Shown in pieces: positions 48,057 to 56,770 of a stretch of 64,000 nucleotides of DNA (position 1 is its first letter; each line of letters starts with the position of its first letter). The notes beneath the pieces are model-generated. The model ran no database searches and had not been told where the DNA came from. It saw nothing but the letters and a program-made list of their open reading frames with translations. The DNA comes from Candidatus Nealsonbacteria bacterium (lineage in GTDB: Bacteria > Patescibacteriota > Minisyncoccia > Minisyncoccales > PWPS01): NCBI GenBank assembly GCA_003557645.1, contig PWNV01000014.1:17989-81988 (forward strand). Direction: 5' to 3'. The position numbers and the translations under genes were made by a program.

Positions 48057-48742
48057 ATTTTTGTATTTAAATAAACTCCCTCAACTGATGATAAACTATC
48101 TAAGTCGTCAAAAAGCTTTTTATCACTTTTACTTGCAGGGCCGATGATATCGTTTGCTCTCCAACCTAAAGTGAATGAAGATATTTTTTCTCCCAAAACA
48201 TTTTTTAAGTTTTCTGTTGCTTGAGGGGAAACGTAAAGAAAAAAGGAGTGGTTTTTTTCTTCAACATCTTCTACGTTATGTTCTATTGCTTTCGTTAGCA
48301 TTTCTTCATTTTTTTCTGTTTCAATAATTCCCTGAGGCTGGAAGAGCCACTTTACAGCACCTGGCTTAACAAGTTTTCCTCCATGTTTTTTCAATATTTC
48401 TTTTATTTCGTTTAAGTCACGATTTCTATTATCAGTTGATCCTTGAATAAGAAAAGCTGATTGATCTGGTCCGTAAGCCTCAAAAAGAAAAGGCTCAAGC
48501 TTTCCTTCTTCTCCAACACCCATACCCCTTTTTATTGCGCGGTTAATATTTTCTTTAGGCATATCGGCTTCTTTTGCCCTTAAAATAGCCATACGGAGAG
48601 CAGGATTAGATTGGGGATCATCCCCTTTTTCTCGTACAGCAGAGATCAGGAGACGTGCCATTTTTGAAAAAAGCACGGCTCTTTTTTTGTCTTCTGCTTC
48701 CTTTTTTCTTTTTATGTTTTTGAAGTGACTGTGTCCTGCCAT
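48053..48742 (-). CDS. yebC: YebC/PmpR family protein
   Basis: MAGHSH..NIK, NPALR, MPKENI.RAI, TDNRNR. Confidence 0.94.
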   Translation of the reverse strand: MAGHSHFKNIKRKKEAEDKKRAVLFSKMARLLISAVREKGDDPQSNPALRMAILRAKEADMPKENINRAIKRGMGVGEEGKLEPFLFEAYGPDQSAFLIQGSTDNRNRDLNEIKEILKKHGGKLVKPGAVKWLFQPQGIIETEKNEEMLTKAIEHNVEDVEEKNHSFFLYVSPQATENLKNVLGEKISSFTLGWRANDIIGPASKSDKKLFDDLDSLSSVEGVYLNTKI

Positions 48743-49383
48743 TTTTTTAAAAATAAAATTAGAAAACCCAAAAAAGCTGAAGAGAAAAAGGCAATAAGAT
48801 AAGGATTTCCTTTTTCTTCTTTTCTTGGCTCTGTATAAGTTTTTTGTATTTTTAAAGGTGATTCCGGTGGAGGATATAGGAAAAAGTCATCAGCATTGTT
48901 TTGTGTGTTTTTATATTCTCCGTCAATTTTCTTTCTTCTTATTACTTGTCCTTTTTCCGGATTAAAGGGGAAAATATAATTTTCTTTATATTGATTATCT
49001 CCATCTCCCCAACCCAAGGAGTCTAAAATATTTCCCTCATTATCGAAAACAGCAATACTGTTATTACGAGAAAGGTACTGGGTGGACTGTATATCTGCAT
49101 CTATTTTTTCTGGAAAATTTTTGTTTCTTGAACTTGCCCAAAGAAGATAATCACCCTCTTTAATAGTTATTCCAGAAGGGATTACCCGAACAGAACTTTC
49201 ACTTCCCGTAGAAGTTCTTTTCCTTATTCTGTATCCTTCAAGATTTTTTTCTTTTAAGGAGGGGTTGTAAATTAATATATAACAGTCATCGCTTCTTTCT
49301 CCTTCTATTTGTACTTCTGTTATTAACAACGCATCAACAATTAAAGGAGATAAAGCTAGAAAAAGACACAACAAAAAAATCAT
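48712..49383 (-). CDS. Secreted lamin-tail-domain protein with C-terminal TM anchor
   Basis: LLITEV...YILIYNP...NLEGY, LDSLGWG, TQNNADDF. Confidence 0.75.
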   Translation of the reverse strand: MIFLLCLFLALSPLIVDALLITEVQIEGERSDDCYILIYNPSLKEKNLEGYRIRKRTSTGSESSVRVIPSGITIKEGDYLLWASSRNKNFPEKIDADIQSTQYLSRNNSIAVFDNEGNILDSLGWGDGDNQYKENYIFPFNPEKGQVIRRKKIDGEYKNTQNNADDFFLYPPPESPLKIQKTYTEPRKEEKGNPYLIAFFSSAFLGFLILFLKKWQDTVTSKT

Positions 49384-50384
49384 ATCTTCTTATTTTTCTT
49401 TAAATATTCTTTTGCTTTTTGAGTAACTACTCTTCCGCGTGGAGTTCTTTTTATAAATCCCAACTGCATAAGATAAGGCTCATAAATATCAATAATGGTT
49501 TCTTCTTCCTCTCCAGTAGAGATAGAGAGTGATTGAAGTCCCGCGGGACCACCTCCAAAATTTTCAAAAAGAACTTGCAATATTTTTCTGTCACCAGATT
49601 CTAATCCCATCTCATCAATATCTAAAAAAGAAAGAGCCTTAATAGCTTCTTTTCCAGTAACAACTCCCTTTCCCTCTACTTCTGAAAAGTCACGAACTCT
49701 CTTTAAAAGTCTGCTTGCTACTCGTGGATTAAATCTTGATCGCGATGCTATTGTCTTTATCGCTTCTTCCTCTATCTCTACCTCTAAAAGAGATGCTGAT
49801 CTTTTAATAATGGAACCGATTTCTTTTAAGTTGTAATTATCAAGGCGAAAGATAGCTCCGAAACGACTTCTTAAAGGTGAAGATAGAAGAGCAAGTCTTG
49901 TAGTTGCTCCAATTAAAGTAAATCTTGGTATCTTTAAATCCATTGTTCTTGCCATAGGGCCCTTGCCGATAATAAGGTTTAGTTTAAACTCTTCCATTAC
50001 AGGGTATATCATCTCTTCACAAGTTTTATTTGTGCGATGTATCTCATCAATGAAAAGAATATCTCCTTCACGCAAATTGGTGAGGATAGCTGCTAAATCA
50101 CCTGATTTTTTAATAGAAGGACCAGCGATGGTACGAACACCAGTACCCATTTTTTTTGCTACTAAGTAAGAGAGAGTAGTTTTTCCAAGCCCTGGTCCCC
50201 CGTAGAAAAGGATATGTTCAATGCAGGGGTCTTTTCTCTTCTTTGCTGCTTCTGTAATGATGCGAATGTTTTTTTTAATGCGATCTTGACCAAGGTAATC
50301 CTGGAAAGTTTGTGGGCGAAGAGCAAGATCAAGAGTACGATCTTCTTCTGTCGGTATAGGTATAATTTTCTTATTTTGTGGCAT
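49380..50384 (-). CDS. ruvB: Holliday junction branch migration helicase RuvB
   Basis: LRPQTF, GGPGLGKTT, FIDEIHR, GATTR, EPYL, RTPRGR. Confidence 0.97.
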   Translation of the reverse strand: MPQNKKIIPIPTEEDRTLDLALRPQTFQDYLGQDRIKKNIRIITEAAKKRKDPCIEHILFYGGPGLGKTTLSYLVAKKMGTGVRTIAGPSIKKSGDLAAILTNLREGDILFIDEIHRTNKTCEEMIYPVMEEFKLNLIIGKGPMARTMDLKIPRFTLIGATTRLALLSSPLRSRFGAIFRLDNYNLKEIGSIIKRSASLLEVEIEEEAIKTIASRSRFNPRVASRLLKRVRDFSEVEGKGVVTGKEAIKALSFLDIDEMGLESGDRKILQVLFENFGGGPAGLQSLSISTGEEEETIIDIYEPYLMQLGFIKRTPRGRVVTQKAKEYLKKNKKI

Positions 50385-50386
50385 AT

Positions 50387-51688
50387 CTAAGTAACCCTAT
50401 CTACTTCTTCTATAGTTGTTTCTCCATTTAATACCTTTATCATGCCGTCTTGTCGCATAGTAAGCATTCCCTTTTCGATAGCCTTGTTTCTTATTTTTGA
50501 AGTAGAAGGAGACGAAAGAATAAGCTCTTCCATCTCTTCATCAACAACTAAGGCCTCAAAAATTCCAGCCCTTCCTCTGTATCCGGTATAGCTGCATTCG
50601 CGGCAACCTTTCTTTTGAGCAAGCTTTATGATCTCCGGGAAGGAAACGACATTTTCACTTACTCCTTCCAGCTCTTCTTTTAATTTTTTTAAAGTTTCTT
50701 CTTCTGCTTCTACAAAGCGAGCACAAGATTTACAAATTTTTCGTACTAACCTTTGTGCAATCGCCAGATTAATAGAGGGAGCAATGTTTATAGGATTTTC
50801 TCCAATAGCTTGCAGTCTCGCTATTGCTCCAGCAGCGTCGTTAGTGTGAAGGGTGGAAAAAACAAGATGACCAGTAAGAGCAGCTTGCATGCTGATTTGA
50901 GCAGTTTCAAGGTCTCTTATCTCTCCTACTAAAATTACATCAGGATCCTGTCTTACGATGGTTCGCAGACCACTGGCAAAGTCATACCCTTTGCTTGAAT
51001 CAGCTCTTGTTTGTGATATTCCGTCTAAATGGTATTCGACAGGGTCTTCGATAGTTACAATTTTTATTTCTGGATCATTAATAGTTTTTAGGAAGGCGTA
51101 AAGCGTGGTTGTTTTACCAGAACCGGTGGGACCAGTAACAATAATCATTCCATTGGGCTTTGTTATTTCGTTCTTGAAGAGCTCAAAAAGATCTTCTCTA
51201 AGACCAAGACCATCAAGAGTTATTAATTTCCGAGGGTCAAGAAGTCGCATTACAATTGTTTCTCCATACTCGGAAGGGAGGGTAGACATTCTAATCTCAA
51301 TAGAGAGATCTTCTTTAGGGATCCATATCGTAAATCTTCCGTCTTGAGGGCGGTCTTCAATATTAATTTTTACACGAGAAAGAAGCTTAATACGTGAAGT
51401 AATTTTATTACAAAGTTCTCTGTCTATATCGGCAACGTCATGCAAGACGCCGTCTATTCTCATTCTCAATCTCACGTTCTCTTCTTCAGGTTCAATATGG
51501 ATGTCGGATGACTCAATTATGACAGAACCCATAAGAACAAGCTCAAGAAATTCAGAGATATTCTCTTTTTCAAAGCTTCTTATTTTCTCTTGAAGGCTAG
51601 GGAGGTTACGTACATCTCTTCTAAGTTTTTCTGAGATAGACTCAGTAATCCTTATTTCTCCCGATACGCCCTTGGAATTTTTAAGCAT
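50387..51688 (-). CDS. GspE/PilB-family pilus assembly ATPase
   Basis: SDIHIEP, PQDGR, GPTGSGKTTT, EDPVEY, RQDPD, TGHLVFSTLHTN, tetracysteine motif. Confidence 0.93.
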   Translation of the reverse strand: MLKNSKGVSGEIRITESISEKLRRDVRNLPSLQEKIRSFEKENISEFLELVLMGSVIIESSDIHIEPEEENVRLRMRIDGVLHDVADIDRELCNKITSRIKLLSRVKINIEDRPQDGRFTIWIPKEDLSIEIRMSTLPSEYGETIVMRLLDPRKLITLDGLGLREDLFELFKNEITKPNGMIIVTGPTGSGKTTTLYAFLKTINDPEIKIVTIEDPVEYHLDGISQTRADSSKGYDFASGLRTIVRQDPDVILVGEIRDLETAQISMQAALTGHLVFSTLHTNDAAGAIARLQAIGENPINIAPSINLAIAQRLVRKICKSCARFVEAEEETLKKLKEELEGVSENVVSFPEIIKLAQKKGCRECSYTGYRGRAGIFEALVVDEEMEELILSSPSTSKIRNKAIEKGMLTMRQDGMIKVLNGETTIEEVDRVT

Positions 51689-51750
51689 AAAAGGTATTAT
51701 TATCTGTGCGTAAATTTAGCTTAAAACTCTTTATTAGTCAATTTTAATTT

Positions 51751-52230
51751 ATGAAAATCAAGATTTCTTCTCCATTAAAAATGAGAAAAATCGGTAGTTA
51801 TCTTGCTCAGGATCTAGCAAAAAGAGAGATGGCGGTAGTACTATCTTTGGAGGGTGATTTAGGAAGCGGGAAAACTACTTTTTTACAGGGATTTGCGAAA
51901 GGACTTAATGTAGAAGAAGAAATTACGAGCCCTACGTTTTTAATATTTAAAAAATATAAGACAGAGGGACAAAAGTTCTTTTATCATTTTGATGCTTACA
52001 GAGTAGAAGAGAAAGATCTTCTTTCTCTGGGAATAAATGAAATAATGGAGAAAAAAGAAAACCTTATTGCGATAGAATGGGGAAATAAAGTAAAAAAAAA
52101 TCTGCCGAAAGAAGCGATAAGATTGTTTTTTGAAGTTATCTCTGACTTAGAGAGAGAGTTGATAGTAAGTGATAAGAGTGGTATAATAAGTGATAAATTT
52201 TTTGAAAGGGCCCGTAGCTCAGTTGGCTAG
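51751..52230 (+). CDS. tsaE: t6A biosynthesis ATPase TsaE
   Basis: GDLGSGKTT, SPTF, HFDAYR, IEW. Confidence 0.95.
   Translation: MKIKISSPLKMRKIGSYLAQDLAKREMAVVLSLEGDLGSGKTTFLQGFAKGLNVEEEITSPTFLIFKKYKTEGQKFFYHFDAYRVEEKDLLSLGINEIMEKKENLIAIEWGNKVKKNLPKEAIRLFFEVISDLERELIVSDKSGIISDKFFERARSSVG
52159..52187 (+). promoter_or_regulatory. sigma70 promoter for tRNA-Ala/Ser inside tsaE
   Basis: TTGATA-17 bp-TATAAT with TGn. Confidence 0.65.
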
Positions 52231-52281
52231 AGCGTTTGCGTGGCACGCAAAAGGTCATCGGTTCAAGTCCGATCGGGTCCA
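52208..52281 (+). tRNA. tRNA-Ala(GGC)
   Basis: Anticodon arm TTTGC-GTGGCAC-GCAAA; G3-U70. Confidence 0.93.
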
Positions 52282-52305
52282 CCCTAATAGGAGACCCCCA
52301 GTTAT

Positions 52306-52392
52306 GGAGGGGTACCGAAGTGGTTATAACGGCATCGCCTCGAAAGCGAATGGCTCTTAAAGGGCACGTGGGTTCGAATCCCACCCCCTCCG
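52306..52392 (+). tRNA. tRNA-Ser(CGA)
   Basis: Loop CT-CGA-AA, long variable arm, G73. Confidence 0.93.
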
Positions 52393-52417
52393 CTTATTTT
52401 AATAATTACTGTAATTT

Positions 52418-52783
52418 ATGTTTAAATTTAAAAAGAAAGAGAAAGAAGTGCCAAAGGACATAAGTAGCCTTGTTGACAGAATCAACACACTAGAAGAAGA
52501 AAACAGAGAGTTAAAAAAAGAGATCGAAAAGATTTACCAAAAACAAGAAAGCTTTCTGCAAAAAATAGAAGTGGTGAGGTTTAATCCCTTCTCTGATTCG
52601 GGAGGAAATCAAAGCTTTTCAATGGCACTTCTGGACAATAGCGGAAACGGAGCAGTTATTACTAGTCTTTATTCCAGCGAAGGCAATAGGGTTTACGCAA
52701 AGCCGATCAGAGGGGGCGTTTCAGAGTATTCTCTTTCTGTAGAAGAGGAAAAAGTGATAGGAAAATTAAATAAAGATGAATAA
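52418..52783 (+). CDS. DUF4446-family protein
   Basis: VVRFNPF...GGNQSFS.ALLD, RVYAKP, LS.EE. Confidence 0.8.
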   Translation: MFKFKKKEKEVPKDISSLVDRINTLEEENRELKKEIEKIYQKQESFLQKIEVVRFNPFSDSGGNQSFSMALLDNSGNGAVITSLYSSEGNRVYAKPIRGGVSEYSLSVEEEKVIGKLNKDE

Positions 52784-54263
52784 AAAAAAGAAAAACTTAA
52801 TAACAAGACCTCCAGTTGTAGTGATTTTGGGTCACGTTGATCATGGCAAGAGTTCCCTTTTAGAGGCGATAAAAGATCTTAAGATTACACAAAATGAGGC
52901 GGGAGGAATTACACAACATATAGGAGCATATGCTGTTGATCATGAAGGAAAAATGATTACTTTTATTGATACTCCCGGACATGAGGCTTTTTCTGCAATG
53001 AGATCAAGAGGAACGGAGGTTGCTGATATTGGAGTTCTAGTTGTAGCCGCTGATGAAGGAGTAAGAGAACAAACCAAAGAAGCAATCTCTCACTTAAAAG
53101 ACTCAGGAATACCTTTCTTAGTTGCAATAAACAAAATGGATAAGCAAGGATCTCAGCCAGAAAAAGTAAAGCAAGATCTTTCTAAAGAGGGCATCTTTTT
53201 AGAATCTTATGGAGGGAAAATTCCTTCGGTGAGTGTTTCTGCTCTTAAAAAAGAAGGGATTGAAGATCTTTTAGAGGTTATTCTTTTGATTGCTGAGATG
53301 GAAGAGATGAAAGGAAACCCTGAAGCACCTGCTGAGGGGGTGATAATTGAAAGTCATCTTGACTCGAAAAGAGGAACTATTGTTTCTTTGATTGTTAAAA
53401 ATGGAGTTCTTAGAAAGGGAGATATAATAGCGACGGAATCTTCTTTTGGAAAATTAAAAACAATAGAAGGGATCCTTGGAGAAGAAAAAGAGGAGGCGGG
53501 ACTATCTGCTCCTGTCTTAGTAGCAGGGATTAAAGGAAACCCTTGTGTTGGGGATGAATTTTTTACGTGTAACAGCATCGAAGAAGCAAAGAAATTTGCC
53601 TCTCAAAAGAGAAAAGAGAAAGGGTTTGTGGAGTGTGAAGGAGAAAAAAAGAACTTAAATGTTATTATAAAAGCAGATGTTATTGGTCTTGCAGAAGCTA
53701 TTTTAAGCTCTCTAGAAAAAATACCACAAGAGGAGGTTAGAGTAAGAGTAGTTAGTTCCGGCATTGGAAGTGTTAGTGAATCTGATATTGAACTCGCCAA
53801 AACAACCGACTCTAAAATATTTTCTTTCCGTGTAAAAAAAGATAAGGCAGCAGAGAAGATGGCGATAAAGGAAGGAATAGAGGTGAAGAATTTTGAAGTT
53901 ATTTATGAGCTAATAGATGAAGTAAAAAAAGAAGCAGAAGATTTGCTGGGATATGAAACAGTGAGAGTTGAAAAAGGACAAGCAAAGATTCTTGCCATTT
54001 TCCGAGAAGAAAAGAATAGGCAAGTACTAGGAGCTGAGAATATTAAAGGAGAAGGGAAAAAAGGATCTCTTGTTGAGATTTGGAGAAAGGGAGAAAAAAT
54101 CGGGGAAGGAAAAGTTATAAACCTCAAAAAGGAGGAAAAAAATATAGAAAAAATTACAGGGAAGGAAGAGTTTGGTATGCTTTTTGAGGGAAGGACGAAG
54201 GCAAAAGAAGGAGATTTCTTTCACTTTTATGAGGAAGAAAGAAAAAAGAGAACTCTTTCTTAA
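52776..54263 (+). CDS. infB: Translation initiation factor IF-2 (no N-terminal extension)
   Basis: RPPVV, GHVDHGKS, GGITQHIGA, DTPGHEAF, NKMD. Confidence 0.96.
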   Translation: MNKKKKNLITRPPVVVILGHVDHGKSSLLEAIKDLKITQNEAGGITQHIGAYAVDHEGKMITFIDTPGHEAFSAMRSRGTEVADIGVLVVAADEGVREQTKEAISHLKDSGIPFLVAINKMDKQGSQPEKVKQDLSKEGIFLESYGGKIPSVSVSALKKEGIEDLLEVILLIAEMEEMKGNPEAPAEGVIIESHLDSKRGTIVSLIVKNGVLRKGDIIATESSFGKLKTIEGILGEEKEEAGLSAPVLVAGIKGNPCVGDEFFTCNSIEEAKKFASQKRKEKGFVECEGEKKNLNVIIKADVIGLAEAILSSLEKIPQEEVRVRVVSSGIGSVSESDIELAKTTDSKIFSFRVKKDKAAEKMAIKEGIEVKNFEVIYELIDEVKKEAEDLLGYETVRVEKGQAKILAIFREEKNRQVLGAENIKGEGKKGSLVEIWRKGEKIGEGKVINLKKEEKNIEKITGKEEFGMLFEGRTKAKEGDFFHFYEEERKKRTLS

Positions 54264-54269
54264 GAATAT

Positions 54270-54341
54270 GGCCTGGTGCCCGAGGAGCTTAGGGAGCGGT
54301 CTGCAAAACCGTTTACAGGGGTGCAAATCCCCTCCAGGCCT
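54270..54341 (+). tRNA. tRNA-Cys(GCA)
   Basis: Anticodon arm GCGGT-CTGCAAA-ACCGT; U73. Confidence 0.9.
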
Positions 54342-54351
54342 CTAGAAAGAA

Positions 54352-54435
54352 GCCGCGGTGGCGGAATCGGTATACGCGACGGACTTAAAATCCGTTGGGA
54401 AAATTCCCTTGTGGGTTCGAGTCCCACCCGCGGCA
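54352..54435 (+). tRNA. tRNA-Leu(TAA)
   Basis: Anticodon arm ACGGA-CTTAAAA-TCCGT; variable arm. Confidence 0.94.
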
Positions 54436-54439
54436 CATT

Positions 54440-54472
54440 AAAAAACTCGGCGCTTTTTGGCGCCGAGTAAAA
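54440..54472. terminator. Intrinsic terminator
   Basis: AAAAA-ACTCGGCGC-6 nt-GCGCCGAGT. Confidence 0.7.
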
Positions 54473-54488
54473 GTTTATTGAAGAACTT

Positions 54489-55082
54489 TTATTTAAGAAT
54501 TTCTATGTAAGCCCCTCTTCTTCCGAAGTTAAGCGCTCCTTGCCTTGAAGAGAAAAAGACATCCACGGTTCCGTTAATAGTAGGACTCATTCTATCTTCT
54601 ACTGTGTAGATCTTATCTCCAAAAAGAGAAGGTATTCTTATCTTTGTTCCAAAAGGAAGAAAGTTAGCTGCTACAATACCATCCCGTGGATAAGTTCCAG
54701 AAGCAGTTACGGAAGGATTTCCGGAAAAGCACATTCCTGCCATAGCGTTGGCGTCAAGAGGAGCGTAAGCAGTTACATTTACCCACATACGATCTAAGAC
54801 AATCTCTTCTTTTTCTATTTTTGGAGATCCCATTACTTGTGGCTTGTGATATGTGGGAGACGATACGGCAAGAAGAGTGTTGTCGTCATGAAGATCGTAA
54901 TCCTCATTTTTCTCTTTTTCAACTCTATCAAGAGAAGAGATAACAAACTTTTTTTCTGTTTCGCCTTCTTTTGCCGTCTCTCCTTCTGAGAAGTTAAAGA
55001 GAAGAAGAAAAGCTATAACCATTACGGAAAAGAAGGCAATATTCAGACTTCCGTCATCGGAAGAACTATTGATCTTGTTCAT
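54489..55082 (-). CDS. 3D-domain (MltA-like) cell-wall protein
   Basis: VTAY, TASG, VAANFLPFGTKI, VEDRM, VDVF. Confidence 0.88.
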   Translation of the reverse strand: MNKINSSSDDGSLNIAFFSVMVIAFLLLFNFSEGETAKEGETEKKFVISSLDRVEKEKNEDYDLHDDNTLLAVSSPTYHKPQVMGSPKIEKEEIVLDRMWVNVTAYAPLDANAMAGMCFSGNPSVTASGTYPRDGIVAANFLPFGTKIRIPSLFGDKIYTVEDRMSPTINGTVDVFFSSRQGALNFGRRGAYIEILK

Positions 55083-55195
55083 GTTTTTAATGATTTTTCT
55101 ACTAAATAAAAAGCCCCTCTCTTTAAAGAAGGGTAACTACACTTTATCACAGAAAAGAAATAGTGTCAAGAGATTTTGAGGAAAAACTGATTATG

Positions 55196-55267
55196 AGCGG
55201 GAGACGGGATTTGAACCCGCAACCTTTTGCATGGCAAGCAAACGCTCTGCCGTTGAGCTACTCCCGC
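55196..55267 (-). tRNA. tRNA-Gly(GCC)
   Basis: Anticodon arm TTTGC-TTGCCAT-GCAAA. Confidence 0.94.
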
Positions 55268-55274
55268 AAATTTG

Positions 55275-55346
55275 TGCCGCGGGTGAGAATTGAACTCACG
55301 ACCTAACGATTTTCAGTCGTTCGCTCTACCACTGAGCTACCGCGGC
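55275..55346 (-). tRNA. tRNA-Phe(GAA)
   Basis: Anticodon arm AACGA-CTGAAAA-TCGTT. Confidence 0.94.
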
Positions 55347-55359
55347 TGGCAAAACTGTG

Positions 55360-55433
55360 TGGACGGTGTAGGACTCGAACCTACGACCCCCTCGATGTAA
55401 GCGAGGTGCTCTAGCCAACTGAGCTAACCGTCC
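55360..55433 (-). tRNA. tRNA-Val(TAC)
   Basis: Anticodon arm CCTCG-CTTACAT-CGAGG. Confidence 0.94.
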
Positions 55434-55451
55434 GACTTCTTTAAAGGGCTA

Positions 55452-55538
55452 TGGTGCCCAGGGTGGGACTTGAACCCACACGTCCATAAGAACACATGGC
55501 CCTCAACCATGCCTGTCTACCAATTCCAGCACCTGGGC
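55452..55538 (-). tRNA. tRNA-Leu(GAG), CCA encoded
   Basis: Anticodon arm CATGG-TTGAGGG-CCATG; variable arm. Confidence 0.94.
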
Positions 55539-55552
55539 ATTTTAAATCTGCG

Positions 55553-55885
55553 CTACTTTATTTTCTTTCTTGCTATTTTCTTCGATTTATCCTTAATGTA
55601 ATATATTTTAGCTTTTCTTGCTCTTCCTGCTTTCACAATTTCAATCTTTTCTATTATTGGAGAGTGGATTGGAAATATCTTTTCGGTTCCAACTTTATCA
55701 ACAATTTTTCTTACGGTAATGGTTGCGCTAGCAGTGTTCCCATGTTTTTTGGCGATAACTAATCCTTCAAAGGCTTGCGTTTTTCCGTTTACTTTCTCTG
55801 TAACACGAACAGTGTTTCCCGTTGCTATCTGAGGGATATCATCTCTTGTTTGGTTTTTTTTGAATTCTTCCAGTTTAGTAGACAT
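55553..55885 (-). CDS. rplS: 50S ribosomal protein L19
   Basis: QAFEGLVIA, TVRKI, GTEKIFPIHSP, RKAKIYY. Confidence 0.96.
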   Translation of the reverse strand: MSTKLEEFKKNQTRDDIPQIATGNTVRVTEKVNGKTQAFEGLVIAKKHGNTASATITVRKIVDKVGTEKIFPIHSPIIEKIEIVKAGRARKAKIYYIKDKSKKIARKKIK

Positions 55886-56567
55886 TTTTTTTCAAGTTTT
55901 GAATAATTTTTTTTAAGTCTGTAGGTAATTTTGCGTGTAGCTTCTTCTTTCCGAGAGGAGTTTTAATCTCTATTGATTTTGCGTGTAAAAACTGCCTTTC
56001 AAGTTCTTTTGGGTCGGTTTGATCTTTAAAGCGATATAACTTATCTCCCGCAACAGGGTGTCCGATGTAAGAAAGGTGACATCTTATCTGATGTTTTCTC
56101 CCTGTTCTTGGGAAAACTTCTAGAAGGGAATAGTTAGAAAATGTTTTCAGTACTCGGAAAATGGTTACAGCCTCCCTTCCCCCTCCCTCTGTATAAGAAC
56201 CTTGCTTTCTTCTGTCTTTTGGAGATCGCTTCATAAATGTTCTTATCTCTCCGCAGTTTTTCTTGACTGGTTTAAAGACAAGGGCAATATACCTTTTTTT
56301 TGCATTTTGTTCAAGTAGCTCTTTTTGTAGCGAAGATAAAGTTGCCTTGTCTCTTGCAAAAAGAAGGATGCCCGAAGTGTCTTTGTCTAGTCTATGCACT
56401 GCTCCACACCTCACTCTGTCAACTTCTTTCAGTTCAGGGAAAGAAGAAGAGAGAATAGAGGCTACGCTTTTTTCTTTGGATGGGCTGTTTTGCTCGTTGA
56501 AAACCACCATGCCGGGAGGCTTGTTTACGGCAAGAACATATTTATCTTTGTAAACTGCTTCTATCAT
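55875..56567 (-). CDS. RluA-family pseudouridine synthase
   Basis: NKPPG, VHRLDKDTSG, TGRKHQIRCH, GHPVAGD, LHA; start moved to MIEAV because the longer ORF overlaps tRNA-Val. Confidence 0.93.
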   Translation of the reverse strand: MIEAVYKDKYVLAVNKPPGMVVFNEQNSPSKEKSVASILSSSFPELKEVDRVRCGAVHRLDKDTSGILLFARDKATLSSLQKELLEQNAKKRYIALVFKPVKKNCGEIRTFMKRSPKDRRKQGSYTEGGGREAVTIFRVLKTFSNYSLLEVFPRTGRKHQIRCHLSYIGHPVAGDKLYRFKDQTDPKELERQFLHAKSIEIKTPLGKKKLHAKLPTDLKKIIQNLKKNVY

Positions 56568-56573
56568 AATGTG

Positions 56574-56646
56574 TGGGCGCGCCCTGACTTGAACAGGGGA
56601 CCTCGTCGATGTCAACGACGCGCTCTGCCGACTGAGCTACGCGCCC
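56574..56646 (-). tRNA. tRNA-Val(GAC)
   Basis: Anticodon arm CGTCG-TTGACAT-CGACG. Confidence 0.94.
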
Positions 56647-56651
56647 GCATG

Positions 56652-56725
56652 TGCGCGTGGATGGACTCGAACCATCGACCTCAGACTTATAAGATCTGCG
56701 CTCTCACCGACTGAGCTACACGCGC
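56652..56725 (-). tRNA. tRNA-Ile(TAT)
   Basis: Anticodon arm CAGAT-CTTATAA-GTCTG; perfect acceptor stem GCGCGTG/CACGCGC; A73. Confidence 0.9.
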
Positions 56726-56770
56726 TTGTTTCCGTGATATTATACCACAAGATTGAAATTTTACCACTCC

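Noticed and set aside
55105-55140. Hairpin upstream of the 3D-domain gene as a riboswitch
   Set aside because: Too short, with no aptamer motif; more simply a weak terminator for the tRNA cluster.
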